A stretch of DNA of 63,672 nucleotides, the filler included, from Octopus bimaculoides (Eukaryota): the NCBI RefSeq assembly GCF_001194135.2. It is 6 parts of 6 records of this genome, joined end to end, with 100 filler letters (N's around TTAATTAATTAA, not from the genome) between each part and the next. Parts side by side here need not be neighbours in the genome. Positions count along the whole stretch, not along the records: positions 6,367 to 38,199 come from NC_069005.1; 5 more parts are not named here. One strand, given 5' to 3'. A program made the translations under genes and the position numbers. Under the pieces are notes generated by a model. The model saw only the letters and a program-made list of their open reading frames with translations. It ran no database searches and was not told the DNA's origin. This document shows positions 24,722 to 36,287 of this stretch, one piece after another (position 1 is the first letter of the stretch; every line of letters begins with the position of its first letter).

Positions 24722-24847
24722 ATGCCACAGCTTGAAGTTCTTTCCAACAACGAAATGAATCTGAACAGGAATTTAGGCTTGCTGCAAGCTTCTGTATCTT
24801 CTATTCTGCAACAACCTGAGGTACCCAAAGGTGGTGCACTTGTTAAG
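24722..24847 (+). CDS. MDR gene exon 1 (MPQLEVL...PKGGALVK)
   Basis: ATG with in-frame upstream TAG; donor AAG|GTAAAT, phase 0. A second in-frame ATG at 24755 is an alternative start. Confidence 0.8.
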
Positions 24848-27846
24848 GTAAATATCTTTCATTTAGTTTCCTTCGTTTAAATATCGTTTGAAAATAATTT
24901 AGTGAAAAGAAAAAAATAATATCAATAAATTAATAAATAAATTTAAATGTAATAAATCGATAAATTTGTAATTGATAAGTAAAATAATTCTGTAATTTGA
25001 ACTTGGAATTCTTTGGATCAAATTTCGAATATGACAATCGACATTACTTTTCAAGTTTTTCTTTTATTAATTAAGGAATGCAAGATCGGTATTCTGAACT
25101 TCGGCTTGTTTTCATATATGAAACAACAGCTGATATAATATTGTTAAGACTGTGACGACTTGAGTTATGCCTTTTGGAGAAAAACAAGGGGTTATTTATA
25201 CAAATTCTCTGAACCCCCTTAACGGATTAATTCATATATGAAAACCTACTTAGATTCATAGCACAGTTCTTGCATAATAGATAGACATGTTGTAACATGA
25301 GTTTAACACTAATAAATTTATTTTAATCAATGATGCAATATCATTTTGTAACTGAAGTTTTATTGTTGCTGCAGGTGTGTTTCGCTGGTGCCTGCTATTC
25401 TGAGGGACATGTACGTAGGAAGGGCTACCGACCTCGTTTTCCTGGTTACGAAATATCTGGCATCATTTATGAGGTTTGCAACTCTCTCCCTAACCGAAAC
25501 CTCAATCCTGGAGATCGGATCATCCTTTACCCCGACGAAGAAATCGCTGATTCTGGGTAAGTCTGCCATTCTATTAAAAACTATTTGGTACATTATTGTT
25601 TTGGAAATTCGTTTTAATATTTTCTGGTATTTTATGGATGTATATTTGGTAGAGATGGACTATATGTAATCTGAACCTTTCCCCCCCGTATTTATTAATT
25701 TTTTTACGGAATCCCACGTTTTAGGCTATGGAGATTCCGATTCTGAAAAAAAAATTTTTGAAAAATTTCAATCCCCGCCCCCGACCAAGCAGGCTATTTA
25801 CATGCTAGAAATAACAGCCAAATCTCACAAAACTAGCGTTAGGGTTACGGTCAGGGTTAGGGTTTGAGTTAGGGTTAGGTTTACCCTGTGGATCTATATA
25901 AAAACCGGGGAGGGGAATCGAAATTTTGAAATTGAGATTTTTGAAAATCTTTTTTCAGAGCCTAAAACGTGGGATTCCGTAAAAAAAAACAAAATTTAAA
26001 AGGGGGGGGGGGTATACCCAGATTACATATACTCCATCTCCACCGTTTTGTGAATATAGGATAAAATTCTCTAAATGTAGTGTATTGTTTTCGATATGTT
26101 TTGGACTCGTTTCGCTATAATTAGGGTGCGAATGTTACGGCCGATTTCAATAGAGAAACACGGACGTCAATAACAATTTCTAAAGAAACAAAGAAAAATA
26201 TTTCAAATATGTGAATCTTAGTGTCCCCGGGTTTAGAAAAAGGTAGTTTACTTTAAAAAAAATTGAAGGAAAAATTACGGTGATTTTTCGAGTAAATAAT
26301 CCAGAAAATGAAAAAAAGTTATCCTTTTTCCGTTCCTATGAAATAGTGTGGAACTTCGAAAGACAGCTATACCAAAACACCATCCACTATAATGTTTTTA
26401 AGTATAAAATATATATTTAGCAAATGCTGTATTATGGGATCCAAATGTAGTAATAGCTCCACACTATTCTTATATACAGGGTGTCCACAAAGTCTGGGTA
26501 CATGGAGATTAACACATACTTTAAGAAATTATTATTTCTTATATTTAATTGTTTATGTTATGATTTTATTTACTTCCATGTACCCAGACTTTGTGGACAC
26601 CCTGTATAAATAAAATAGATTTGTTGCTCTGTGCACGTTGCAGCAGCAGAGATATCTTCAATTTATTTTATGCAATTAGATATTTGATACCTTAAAAATG
26701 ATGATATTAAATTATATATATTTAATGTATTATTCCTTATATTGTATGTTGTTTTTCTGGGTTGTATTTGTGTCGTGAAAACGTTCGGTTGGTTCCTAGT
26801 TATGTTTGGATCCAGTAACCAATTTGGAACAAAAATAACTGAAGTAAACTTTAAAACTTCATAAAATATTAATGTCGAGTCAAACGAATAATGAATAGGA
26901 AGCATTTAACTTGGGGATTAAATCCAACTTGATGTATTTTTCGTTTTTCTCCCTCATTTAATATGAAACCAATTAAAATATGATTTAAAAAAAGCCTATA
27001 TTATGACGTACTCAGTTAAACTTCGTGTGAGTTAGATATTAAAAAATGAATAATAGCAGGAGCTAATTTTTTAATGATTATATATTATAAATATTATTGG
27101 TAGCAGTTCCTCTTAAAGGTTTTAAATGCACAGCAACAATAGATAAAGGCACTAGCTATACGTTCACTAGATTTGCTCAATGAAAAAAAAAAAACCTATC
27201 AAATTTCTCTCAAATCGCTATTAGTCTTGCGTAAGGACACATTACATATTGTAGTCCGACATATTCTAACGAAATAAGAAGAAAAACAAAAAGACAAGGT
27301 AGTGATAAGGCAAGCCTGCTGGGTCGGTGCTGTCACTGGGTTTTTTAAACACAAAGTTGTCTTGTAATAGTTTCTTGTTAGGGGTTACTTGGCAGCTTGT
27401 TGTTCTGCTATGAAAGTATGTCACGAAAGCTGATTGGTTAATTTCTCCACCTTACCTCCCTCTCCTCCATTAAACTAGGATAATTTATGCAATTTATCAA
27501 TGAATTCAGGGTAAACATGTAGTCCTGTTTACAACGGCTTTATTTGTTATGATGTCAGAACAGAAAGTAAAAAAACCAGTTCTTCAGTTTCGTAATTTTT
27601 TTTTCTTTTTATAAATTCTCTGTATTGTCCGGAAAGAACGATAACATTATTATAATTTACTGATGGCCTTGGGCCAAAATTAGAATTTTAATTTGCTGTT
27701 GATCTTATTTACTATCGCCCTCCACTCTTGTGTTTTAATCTATCTAAACCAGTGTTTTTAGTTTTTCGTCCTTGTGCTCTTTGCAACTTGAGGAAAATTA
27801 TCATTGAGGTCAACCTCGCCTTTCATCCTGGGGTTGATGGTATTAA

Positions 27847-27889
<43 letters not shown>

Positions 27890-30800
27890 NNNNNNNNNNN
27901 NNNNNNNNNNNNNNNNNNNNNNNNNNNNNNNNNNNNNNNNNNNNNNNNNNNNNNNNNNNNNNNNNNNNNNNNNNNNNNNNNNNNNNNNNNNNNNNNNNNN
28001 NNNNNNNNNNNNNNNNNNNNNNNNNNNNNNNNNNNNNNNNNNNNNNNNNNNNNNNNNNNNNNNNNNNNNNNNNNNNNNNNNNNNNNNNNNNNNNNNNNNN
28101 NNNNNNNNNNNNNNNNNNNNNNNNNNNNNNNNNNNNNNNNNNNNNNNNNNNNNNNNNNNNNNNNNNNNNNNNNNNNNNNNNNNNNNNNNNNNNNNNNNNN
28201 NNNNNNNNNNNNNNNNNNNNNNNNNNNNNNNNNNNNNNNNNNNNNNNNNNNNNNNNNNNNNNNNNNNNNNATTTTTGGCAGTTACTCTGAATTCTTACCA
28301 GTAAGTGATGTGTCCAAGATATACCAAATTCCTTCTAACATGTCCTTAGCAGTCGCTGCCATGATACCCGGAGGTGGCCTAACTGGCTTCAGTGCCGTCC
28401 TCAAGGCTAAACCACATATCGAAAAACTTGCTGAAGTCAAACGTAAGTTTTTAACACAATCTGACATATTTTCACATATTTTGAACTCTAGTTTTCAACT
28501 GTAATCAATTCAGCAGTGTTTTGCTGGGATGGGGGGAGGGAGAGCGGTGGATTAATTTCTATATAAGATAGAAAGCGAATGAGTAATAGGGATATGTAAA
28601 TGATTATACGGGGAAACTTTATCACCAGAAGTCGAAGCTATTTTGTTTGAGAAGGTAGCTTGACCAGCTAGATATAGCAGCCAGATCACTTTTAAAAATG
28701 GAAAAACATTTCGAAAAAATAAAATTTCGATCGGGATAGCGGTCGTAGTTGGGGAGTCTAATTGATGAACATTGACCTGGTGTTAAATAATCATTTTTGG
28801 TCATATGTCTGCTATATGAAAGTTGACCTTGGGCTAAACTATTTTTTTTTTGTTCGTATTATGCTGTTGTCTTTCTAATTTTTTTTTTATATAAAATTTT
28901 ACTCACCTGACGTTTGTTTTATTTTGTACAGCTATTGTAAACGTGTTAGTGGTCGGAGCAGGTGGTCTGGGACTCTGGACTCTCAGAATGGCTGAATATT
29001 TGCTTGGAGAACACAATACCAACGTCCGAGTGTTTGTGGCTGACAGCAATGTAAGTAGACTATAATGAGATTTACGTTTAGAATGCTTTATAGTAATTCT
29101 AAATCGTTGTAATGCTAGCTCCAGTTAAGCATGTATTGTAGCCTTGTTATACAACCTGGCGCCCTTCCAGCCCCTAACCCATACCTGTTTTCAAGTAAGG
29201 GTTCTCTTAATTCCTCAATCAGGGTTGACCTGTGTCTAAATAACTAGTGATTTCTGGCATCTGACCCAGTTGAGTAAAGTAAGGTACCTTATATTTCAGG
29301 ACCTTATGCAGTGTGGTTTGATCTATCAACTGTTACGTTTGAAAGGAAATTGCATAAAGTTTCGTGTGTACTGATCATTTCTGGTTTATGGATTGCTGAT
29401 TCATAATAATAATAATCCTATTCCTCAAATGTCCTTATAAATCTGTGCTGTCGACAGACAATTCACAGCTGGACTAATATTTGCCATAGTAGAAATCTAG
29501 ATTGCCCCCCCCCCTCTCAAAGTTAATGGAAATAAATACCTGTAATATTCTAGGTGTTTTTGCCTCAAATAACTATCCCAATCCACCACCTCAAAAAATT
29601 TAGAAAATTGTATTTGTCTTGTGAAATAAAATTCCTTACAAGTTTTTATCACCATTTCAGATTGACCGCTTGTTAACTGCTCAGGATCACGGCTGTTACG
29701 ATATCATCCACTGGAATGAAGAAGGTACGATACTATATCTGTTTCTATTTTAAGGGGGTTTGCCTTTGACATTCCTACTTTTACATAGAGTTCAGATAGC
29801 AAAGTTTTTAACTAGGTTAGCCATTGAGACATCGAGTTCAACTTTTTGTTGGATTGGGTGTTCCTTGTTAAAGTACAACATCAGTTTGGTTTAGATGTAG
29901 AATGACATAACCTGGTGAAGAACTTGCTAATTAATACTATAATTGATAGTAACTTTTTACTGACAGGTTTTCTGAGCCATTGACTGTCAGACCTCAATTG
30001 ATATAAGTACTTTATTATGGGACAATTTTATATTGCCCCTGTCTGCCTTTGCACTTTGTGTAGCTTCTGAAAGAATATTTGCAAAATTATTTTCATATTC
30101 AGTAGGTCTGACAAAAAAAATAAAAAAATATTTTAATGCAGAAAAAAAAACAATACAAGAAGTTCCAATAGAAAGTTGAGGACATTTAAAAAATAAAAAA
30201 AATAGCTGTTGCTTATTTCTTGTTGCAAATAATTCTAGTCTTCAAATGACATTTTCATCTTATAATTTTTTAAATTTTTTGCAGACCATGAAGAATACAT
30301 TTGTGAACGAACAATTGAAGCTTGTCATGGTGGTCTTGATGTTGTCATTGATTTTGTTAGTTCACGTCGTACAATGAACAGATCTCTGCAAGTCCTCAAT
30401 AGAGTAAGTATATCTATTCTAACCTCTATCTGTTGTCCATCTTTTTTCTACTGGATATTTGTCGAACTTAACCTTAGGTTGACCAAGGTCTTGTGAGGGA
30501 AGTTTAGTACACTGAAACTATAAGGAGCTCTGATGGAGGGACCATTCCTGTTTTCCGATACTGTAGACTTAGTTTGTTTCCCGATTTAACGCCATAATTT
30601 GGCCCTTAAGTGCCCATTAAAAAAGTTCTCTACTTTGTAAACATTCAGGTTAAGTCTCCAGTTTGAGGATATTTTCTTTCTAACCATTCTTGGGGTTCTC
30701 TGGGAGTGTTTATAGGTGCTTCCCTGGAATGAGCCTTACTTAGATTCATTTTCATTCCTTTTCATTTCATTTAGTAAAATCAGCTAATGCTCTCTAGAAG

Positions 30801-32801
30801 GGCTTGATCTTGAATGAAAAAGGTTGATAGATGAATGTCACAACCCTTGCCCTTTTAATGACATAGGTGTGTTTCTGAAATCGTCTGTAATACATGACTG
30901 TATAACTTTAGCATTTAACTTCACAAATGTACCTCCCCACCTGCCTGGCTCCGATAGAAACATGAATATCACAAGCTTTTTATTCTTTTATTATAATTAT
31001 TATTATTAAAGGCAGTTGAGCTGGCAGAATCGTTAGCATGCCAGACAAAATGCTTAGTAGTATTTCATCTGATGCTACATTCCAAGTTGAAATTCCACTG
31101 AGTTCGACTTTGCCTTCCTTCCTTTGAGGGTCAATGTAATCGACTAGTGTCCCCTTCCCACAAATTTTAGGCTTTGTGCCTACGGTAGAAACGATTATTA
31201 TTATTATTATTATTAAAGGCGGTGAGCTGGCAGAATCATTAATATGCCGCACAGAAAGCTTAGCTGTATTTTGTCTGTCCTTATGTTCTGAGGTTGACTT
31301 TGCCTTCCATCCTTTCGGGGTCGATAAATTAGGTACCAGTTTCGCACTGAGGTCGATCTAATCAATTCATACCCTCCCCCAAAATTGCAGCCCTTGTGGC
31401 AAAATTTGAAACCATTATTATTGTTGTTATTATTATTATTATTATTATTTTCTCTTGTAAAATAGATATATTTGTGTTAGGTTTGTGGGACTATATGAAC
31501 ATTTGACATTGACCTTTTTTTTTTCCCCCCTTTGTGTATCAACAGGAAGGTCTCATCATCGTAGGCGGAAGCTCAGTCACAGAAATGAGTATCAACTTAA
31601 ATGTATTATCTGCTAAACAGCAGAGTATCACCAGTATACCTAAAGGATCTCCAGAAGAATTAGCAGAATTAGTACAGTGCGTGGCATCTGGACGGGTAAG
31701 TTTTCTGCTCCTATCTACCTCTCTCTTTCTCGTTTTGTTCATTCATCAAAACATCTAACACTTGCTGAATCCTACCTTTCAACAACATAATTAAAACCAT
31801 TAACCTTAAGCCTGAAGTTTGATTGACTCAAGGTTGTTTGCTCTGTTCCCTAATCCACCAGTTGCAGGTTCAGTGGTGTTCTGTATATTTTACAGAAGCA
31901 ACTTGTAATTAGAGCCATGTAACTATCTGTAAATATAGGTCCATTTTCCCATTTAGCTTAGATTAGATGAATGATGTTATTGAGGCATTATTACCTTGCT
32001 TGGAAATGGGTGAGGATTGGTAACAGAAAAAACATCTGGGCACTTAAAGTCTGCCTCAACAGATTGGATCACATGGACCTGGAAAAGTGGACATTTGGTG
32101 ATTTAGTGAGTGTGTGTGTGTGTGTGTGTGCATAAATAGTCATTTTATGTCTGTTTTTCATACTGCAATGGTTATTAAACTGGTCATCACAATCCAGGTC
32201 AGTTCTTATTTTGTTACTGCCCATTTAGATGGGCTGGTGAACTGTAGAAAACTCTGCCAAATCAGATTGGAGCCTGGTGTAGCCATCTGGTTCACCAGTC
32301 CTCAGTCAAATCGTCTAACCCATGTTAGCATGGAAAGCGGACGTTAAATGATGATGATAATGGCATTCATCCATAAAAACCATACCAGAACAGCTAATGG
32401 AGCCTGGTACAGCCCCCGGCCTTACCAACTCTGGTCAAACTGTCCAACTTACACTGGCCTGGAAAACCGGCATTAAATGATGATATATATATATATAAAC
32501 ACCCACTTAGATTCATTTCAGTAAACATTGGTGTATATGTAGTAGACACACATAGATATAAATAAATATACACACACATATATAAATAAATATACACACA
32601 CATATATAAATAAATAAACATACACACTTCCCTGCATTTTATTAATGAAATATTTCTCTTTATTTATTTTGACAGGTCAGTCCACCAACGTATGCTGTAT
32701 TTCCTGTTGAAAATGCAAATCAAGTGTTTGAAGATTTAACACTAGCCAGAATCACAGGACGAGCAGTCTTGCGGCTAGGGAACACAAATGTTGACAATTA
32801 A
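24722..32801 (+). CDS. Medium-chain dehydrogenase/reductase (alcohol dehydrogenase-like, resembles 6-hydroxyhexanoate-DH/CAD-like subgroup), 8 exons, 348 aa
   Basis: join(24722-24847,25375-25556,28282-28442,28932-29050,29661-29724,30285-30403,31546-31695,32676-32801) = 1047 nt, no internal stop, all GT-AG with matching phases. Motifs ALVKV..AGACYSE, PGYEISG, GDRI, SGYSEF, GAGGLG, DVVIDFV, GSPEELAELV, ITGRAVL. Confidence 0.92.
25375..25556 (+). CDS. MDR gene exon 2 (VCFAGACYSEGH...PGYEISG...GDRIILYPDEEIADS)
   Basis: Acceptor TGCAG|, donor GG|GTAAGT, phase 2. Confidence 0.92.
25647..26044. mobile_element. Foldback-like MITE with long TIRs and internal TTAGGG repeats (intron 2)
   Basis: GAGATGGACTATATGTAATCTG vs CAGATTACATATACTCCATCTC; 29-bp perfect IR at 25699-25727 / 25959-25987; degenerate TTAGGG run at about 25838-25880. 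Confidence 0.75.
26477..26604. mobile_element. Tc1/mariner-type MITE, 128 bp (intron 2)
   Basis: Perfect 30-bp TIR CAGGGTGTCCACAAAGTCTGGGTACATGGA, flanked by TA on both sides. Confidence 0.92.
28282..28442 (+). CDS. MDR gene exon 3 (YSEFLPV...AAMIPGGGLTGFSAV...EVK)
   Basis: Acceptor GGCAG| just after a gap; donor C|GTAAGT, phase 1. Confidence 0.9.
28932..29050 (+). CDS. MDR gene exon 4 (VLVVGAGGLGLW...VFVADSN), Rossmann motif
   Basis: Acceptor TACAG|, donor AAT|GTAAGT, phase 0. Confidence 0.93.
29661..29724 (+). CDS. MDR gene exon 5 (IDRLLTAQDHGCYDIIHWNEE)
   Basis: Acceptor TTTCAG|, donor AAG|GTACGA, phase 1. Confidence 0.9.
30285..30403 (+). CDS. MDR gene exon 6 (HEEYICERT...GGLDVVIDFVSS...VLNR)
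   Basis: Acceptor TTTGCAG|, donor AGA|GTAAGT, phase 0. Confidence 0.92.
31008..31200 (+). mobile_element. Family-F SINE in intron 6
   Basis: AAAGGCAGTTGAGCTGGCAGAATCGTTAGC...GTAGAAACGATTATT; ATT arrays on both sides. Confidence 0.85.
31215..31413 (+). mobile_element. Second tandem family-F SINE in intron 6
   Basis: AAAGGCGGTGAGCTGGCAGAATC...CATCCTTTCGGGGTCGATAAATTAGGTACCAG; ATT arrays on both sides. Confidence 0.85.
31546..31695 (+). CDS. MDR gene exon 7 (EGLIIVGG...KGSPEELAELVQCVASGR)
   Basis: Acceptor AACAG| after a long pyrimidine tract; donor CGG|GTAAGT, phase 0. Confidence 0.92.
32242..32484 (+). mobile_element. Two tandem retroposon 3' ends with (GAT)n tails (intron 7)
   Basis: First copy is nearly identical to 34784-34903 (...ACCCATGTTAGCATGGAAAGCGGACGTTAAATGATGATG); second copy diverged. 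Tail is RTE-like from recall. Confidence 0.75.
32676..32801 (+). CDS. MDR gene exon 8 (VSPPTYAVFP...ARITGRAVLRLGNTNVDN*)
   Basis: Acceptor GACAG|; stop TAA at 32799-32801; C-terminal GRxVL motif typical of MDRs. Confidence 0.92.
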   Translation, partial: VSPPTYAVFPVENANQVFEDLTLARITGRAVLRLGNTNVDN

Positions 32802-33090
32802 GGAAGCATCCTTACCTCCCTATTAAGACAGACTTTCTTACGTCCGAGAAGAATCTGTTTTTAACCTTTTCACTTCAAAAAGGCTGTGATCTATCAAACA
32901 TTTTGAACTTGTTCTCCTTGCACACCAGTATCGTAAAATATATTCCTGCTGATATTTTGGTCGTGCAGAACAATTATCTAAATGACAGCAACAAATGACT
33001 ATTGCTGCACAGTTGGCTCCTACAATCATTGGTGATAATTCTAGGACAAGGTTGTCTCTCCACCTTTTTTTTTTTTTTTTTTTTTTTTTA

Positions 33091-33096
33091 AATAAA
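33091..33096 (+). promoter_or_regulatory. Candidate polyadenylation signal AATAAA
   Basis: AATAAA about 290 nt after the stop with U-rich sequence downstream; unverified. Confidence 0.35.
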
Positions 33097-33201
33097 TTTT
33101 TTGTTCTCAAAGTTACCTTTGACTTTTTGACACACATTTGCCAGCAGTGTGGATGTATTTGTAGTGGGGGGAATTTCCCCCCAACAAATTTCCATATTAG
33201 A

Positions 33202-33251
<50 letters not shown>

Positions 33252-33339
33252 CTCTCTGCTGGAAAAAAAATTTTTGTTTATTGTGTGGAGGGCACGTGAG
33301 AGCAATTTGTTGTAGTAGTATCATATTGATGCTATATGG

Positions 33340-33376
<37 letters not shown>

Positions 33377-34485
33377 TGAAGCTGTCTGAAATGCACACAC
33401 ATTTATATATATTGTGATATATTAATGATTAGCAGCCAATTCCCAAATCTCTTGTCAGTTTAGTCAACAGAAATTAAATTCTCGACCCAAATTCTTCATT
33501 GTCACACACATACAAATACATCAAAGAAAAGCTTCTTCTTTGATAGAATATATATATATATATACACACACATATATACATACACATATATACATACACA
33601 TGCACACATATGTATTTATATACAATGGGTCTATGATAGTGAAAGCTTGACTAAACTTCTTGCAGCTTCAAAGCCTCATTGCATTTGGGGATTTTTTTAT
33701 ACCATTCATGATGTGATGTGCTGAAATTTTGCTGATAGTTTGACCATGAGTAGTTTGGCTATGGTATTTTGACCACGGGAAATAGCTAGTGCACTTCAAC
33801 TTCTTTGCATTCCTAGAATCTCGGACTCTCTGTCATCTTCGGTAGTCCTAAGGGAAACTTAGTTCAACCTTGTCAAACCGACAACCCTCTTCGCTTCCAA
33901 CTATCCAGCTTGTTCACAAAGAGTTTTGTGACGATGGATTGATTTTTCTTTTCTTTTTCCATACTGATTACGTCTATTTGCTGTCTGTTACACCCAGGTA
34001 ATTGGCAATGCCATATTTCCTGTTTCAAAAATCAGTGATTGTATGAGCTCAGTGTTTATCGAATTCATACAAAGAAACTGGAAGTCGAACCAAGAGAAAA
34101 ACTTAACCGAACATGACTTAGAGTTGTTAGTTTAATGTGAAAGTATCCAACATTTCTCTCTATAGTGTTGATTTAGTAAACCGTGAATTTGAATGTGGTC
34201 TCCCTGACCCCTAATCCTTGCTCCTTCTCCACCTTGATTTATGTTGAGATACTGTAGATTGAATGGTCTTCTAGACGCATGACTGACCAGCTGGTCTATT
34301 ACACTGATATTATGTCTGCTGACAGCAGGGCTTTCAACAAATTGTAGACTTATAAAGTGTACAAATTTCACTTTCATTTATATATATTAAAAAATGTATA
34401 AAACCAGAATAAATTATTTTGTATAATATAATTGGCTTCTTTCTGTTTTCTTTATTTAAATCTTTCCAATTGTTTTAATGTCCAA

Positions 34486-34588
34486 ATAATGTTCACCAAG
34501 ATAAAAAAACGAGACCGTCCAGAAGAGCTGCAAGAGATTCCGAAGTCGTCTGGAGTCCATGGTTGAAGCTGGCGATTTTGTTGAATAT
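34486..34588 (+). mobile_element. Tc1/maT (DD37D-like) transposase C-terminal fragment
   Basis: ETVQKSCKRFRSRLESMVEAGDFVEY (34511-34588) resembles the AC..FR.RLE.V.EA.G..IE end of such transposases. Confidence 0.5.
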
Positions 34589-34670
34589 GTAGGGACCCGT
34601 ACGATGCAAGGTGACGAAAATAGCTCTTTAGTACATCACACGGCTGATGCAATAAATATATAATTAAAAT

Positions 34671-34903
34671 ACACCATTTTGAGCATGGCCGTTGCCAGTA
34701 CTACGTGACAGGCTCTCGTGCCGGTGGCATGTAAAAGCACCCACTACACTCTCTGAGTGGTTGGCGTTAGGAAGGGCATCCAGCTGTAGAAACTCTGCCA
34801 AATCAGATTGGAGCCTGGTGTAGCCATCTGGTTTCACCAGTCCTCAGTCAAATCGTCCAACCCATGCTAGCATGGAAAGCGGATGTTAAACGATGATGAT
34901 GAT
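34671..34903 (+). mobile_element. Retroposon (SINE or LINE) 3' portion with (GAT)n tail
   Basis: GGCGTTAGGAAGGGCATCCAGCTGTAGAAACTCTGCC...GGAAAGCGGATGTTAAACGATGATGAT; second copy at 32242. Confidence 0.8.
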
Positions 34904-35355
34904 AAACAGTACATATATAAGCGCCAGAGAAAAAAAGGAGAGACAACCATGTAGAATGTCCAAATATAATGACACAAATTTGACTAACTGAATTGGAGAA
35001 ATAAAACCAAGACATACAGATGTAGATGTACACATACATATAAAGTGGATCGAAAGTCATGCACCAAAACACCTCACGTTTTATTTATATTACGTTATTT
35101 TTCATTTTGTTCATTAAGTACATGGATATTCATCGTTTTATTTATTTTATTCAATTTTAGAAAAACTGATGCATATCTTTGATGCTTCCAGATTGTAATT
35201 AAGGTTATTTTGTGCATGACTTTTCGCCCAATTATATATGTATATATATATATATTCGGCGATCTAAAGCCTGAAGGAGATTGGCTTCTGTTAGGGGTCT
35301 TAAGTCTTACATGGAACCAAATCAAACTGATTTAAATAAGATATATTCATTCATA

Positions 35356-35690
35356 GTGGAGGCGCAATGGCCCAGTGGTTTCGATTCCTAGACCAGGCGT
35401 TGTGTGTGTTTATTAAGCGAAAACACCTAAAGCTCCATGAGGCTCCGGCAGGGGATGGTGGCGAACCCCGTTGTACTCTTTCACCACAATTTTCTCTCAC
35501 TCTTACTTCCTGTTTCTGCTGTACCTGTATTTCAAAGGGCCAGCCATGTCACGCTGAATATCCCCGAGAACTACGTTAAGGGTACACGTGTCTGTGGAGT
35601 GCTCAGCCACTTGCATGTTAATTTCACGAGCAGGCTGTTCTGTTGATTGGATCAACTGGAACCCTCGTCGTTGTAACCGACAGAGTGCCA
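35356..35690 (+). mobile_element. Family-B SINE (deletion inside tRNA head)
   Basis: GTGGAGGCGCAATGGCCCAGTGGTT|TCGATTCC; body and tail homologous to 36288-36637 and 20814-21018. Confidence 0.88.
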
Positions 35691-36287
35691 ACCAGGCAAA
35701 GGTCACAAATGGAACCATTAATGTAATGGAATACATGTTCTTTAATGATTTAGTCAATCTCATTGTTAATGCCATCAAATTTTTTAACATCACATATATT
35801 TGGAGGGTGACATGGTTTACATATATTGAATACGATAATGTTGTTAAATGATATAATTGAATAGAAGAAACGGATTTGGTATATGACTAAGTTTGTCATG
35901 TAGCAAACTGACTAAAGCACTGCAAATGAGGCTCAGATCTGAGCCAACGAGTGGTCACTTGATTTGATAGAGATAGTTGCCAAATTTGCAAATCACACCC
36001 CACTGAATTGAAAAAAGTAGAACACCGAGCATAAAGTGGTCTTAGATTTAATGTCTGAAAATACGACTGGATTGTCATAGCTGCAATGTCATTGATCGTA
36101 TAGTAGCCATAGGGTTTTATAACAGCTCTGGTATAAATCGTTGAACTGTGGTGAGTACATGTTGTTAACGTCGAATGTCACCAAACTTTCTATTTTGTTA
36201 GACTGGACGCCTAACTCAGCAATGCTGTATCTCACAAACTAACGTTATGCAGTAAAATCCATATTAAAATATTTGTAGTGAACCAAG

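Noticed and set aside
27890-28270. Gap in MDR intron 2 as the explanation for the missing zinc lobe
   Set aside because: Judged unlikely because the DSG that normally follows the lobe is already at the end of exon 2, placing the deletion inside exon 2; not fully excluded without transcripts.
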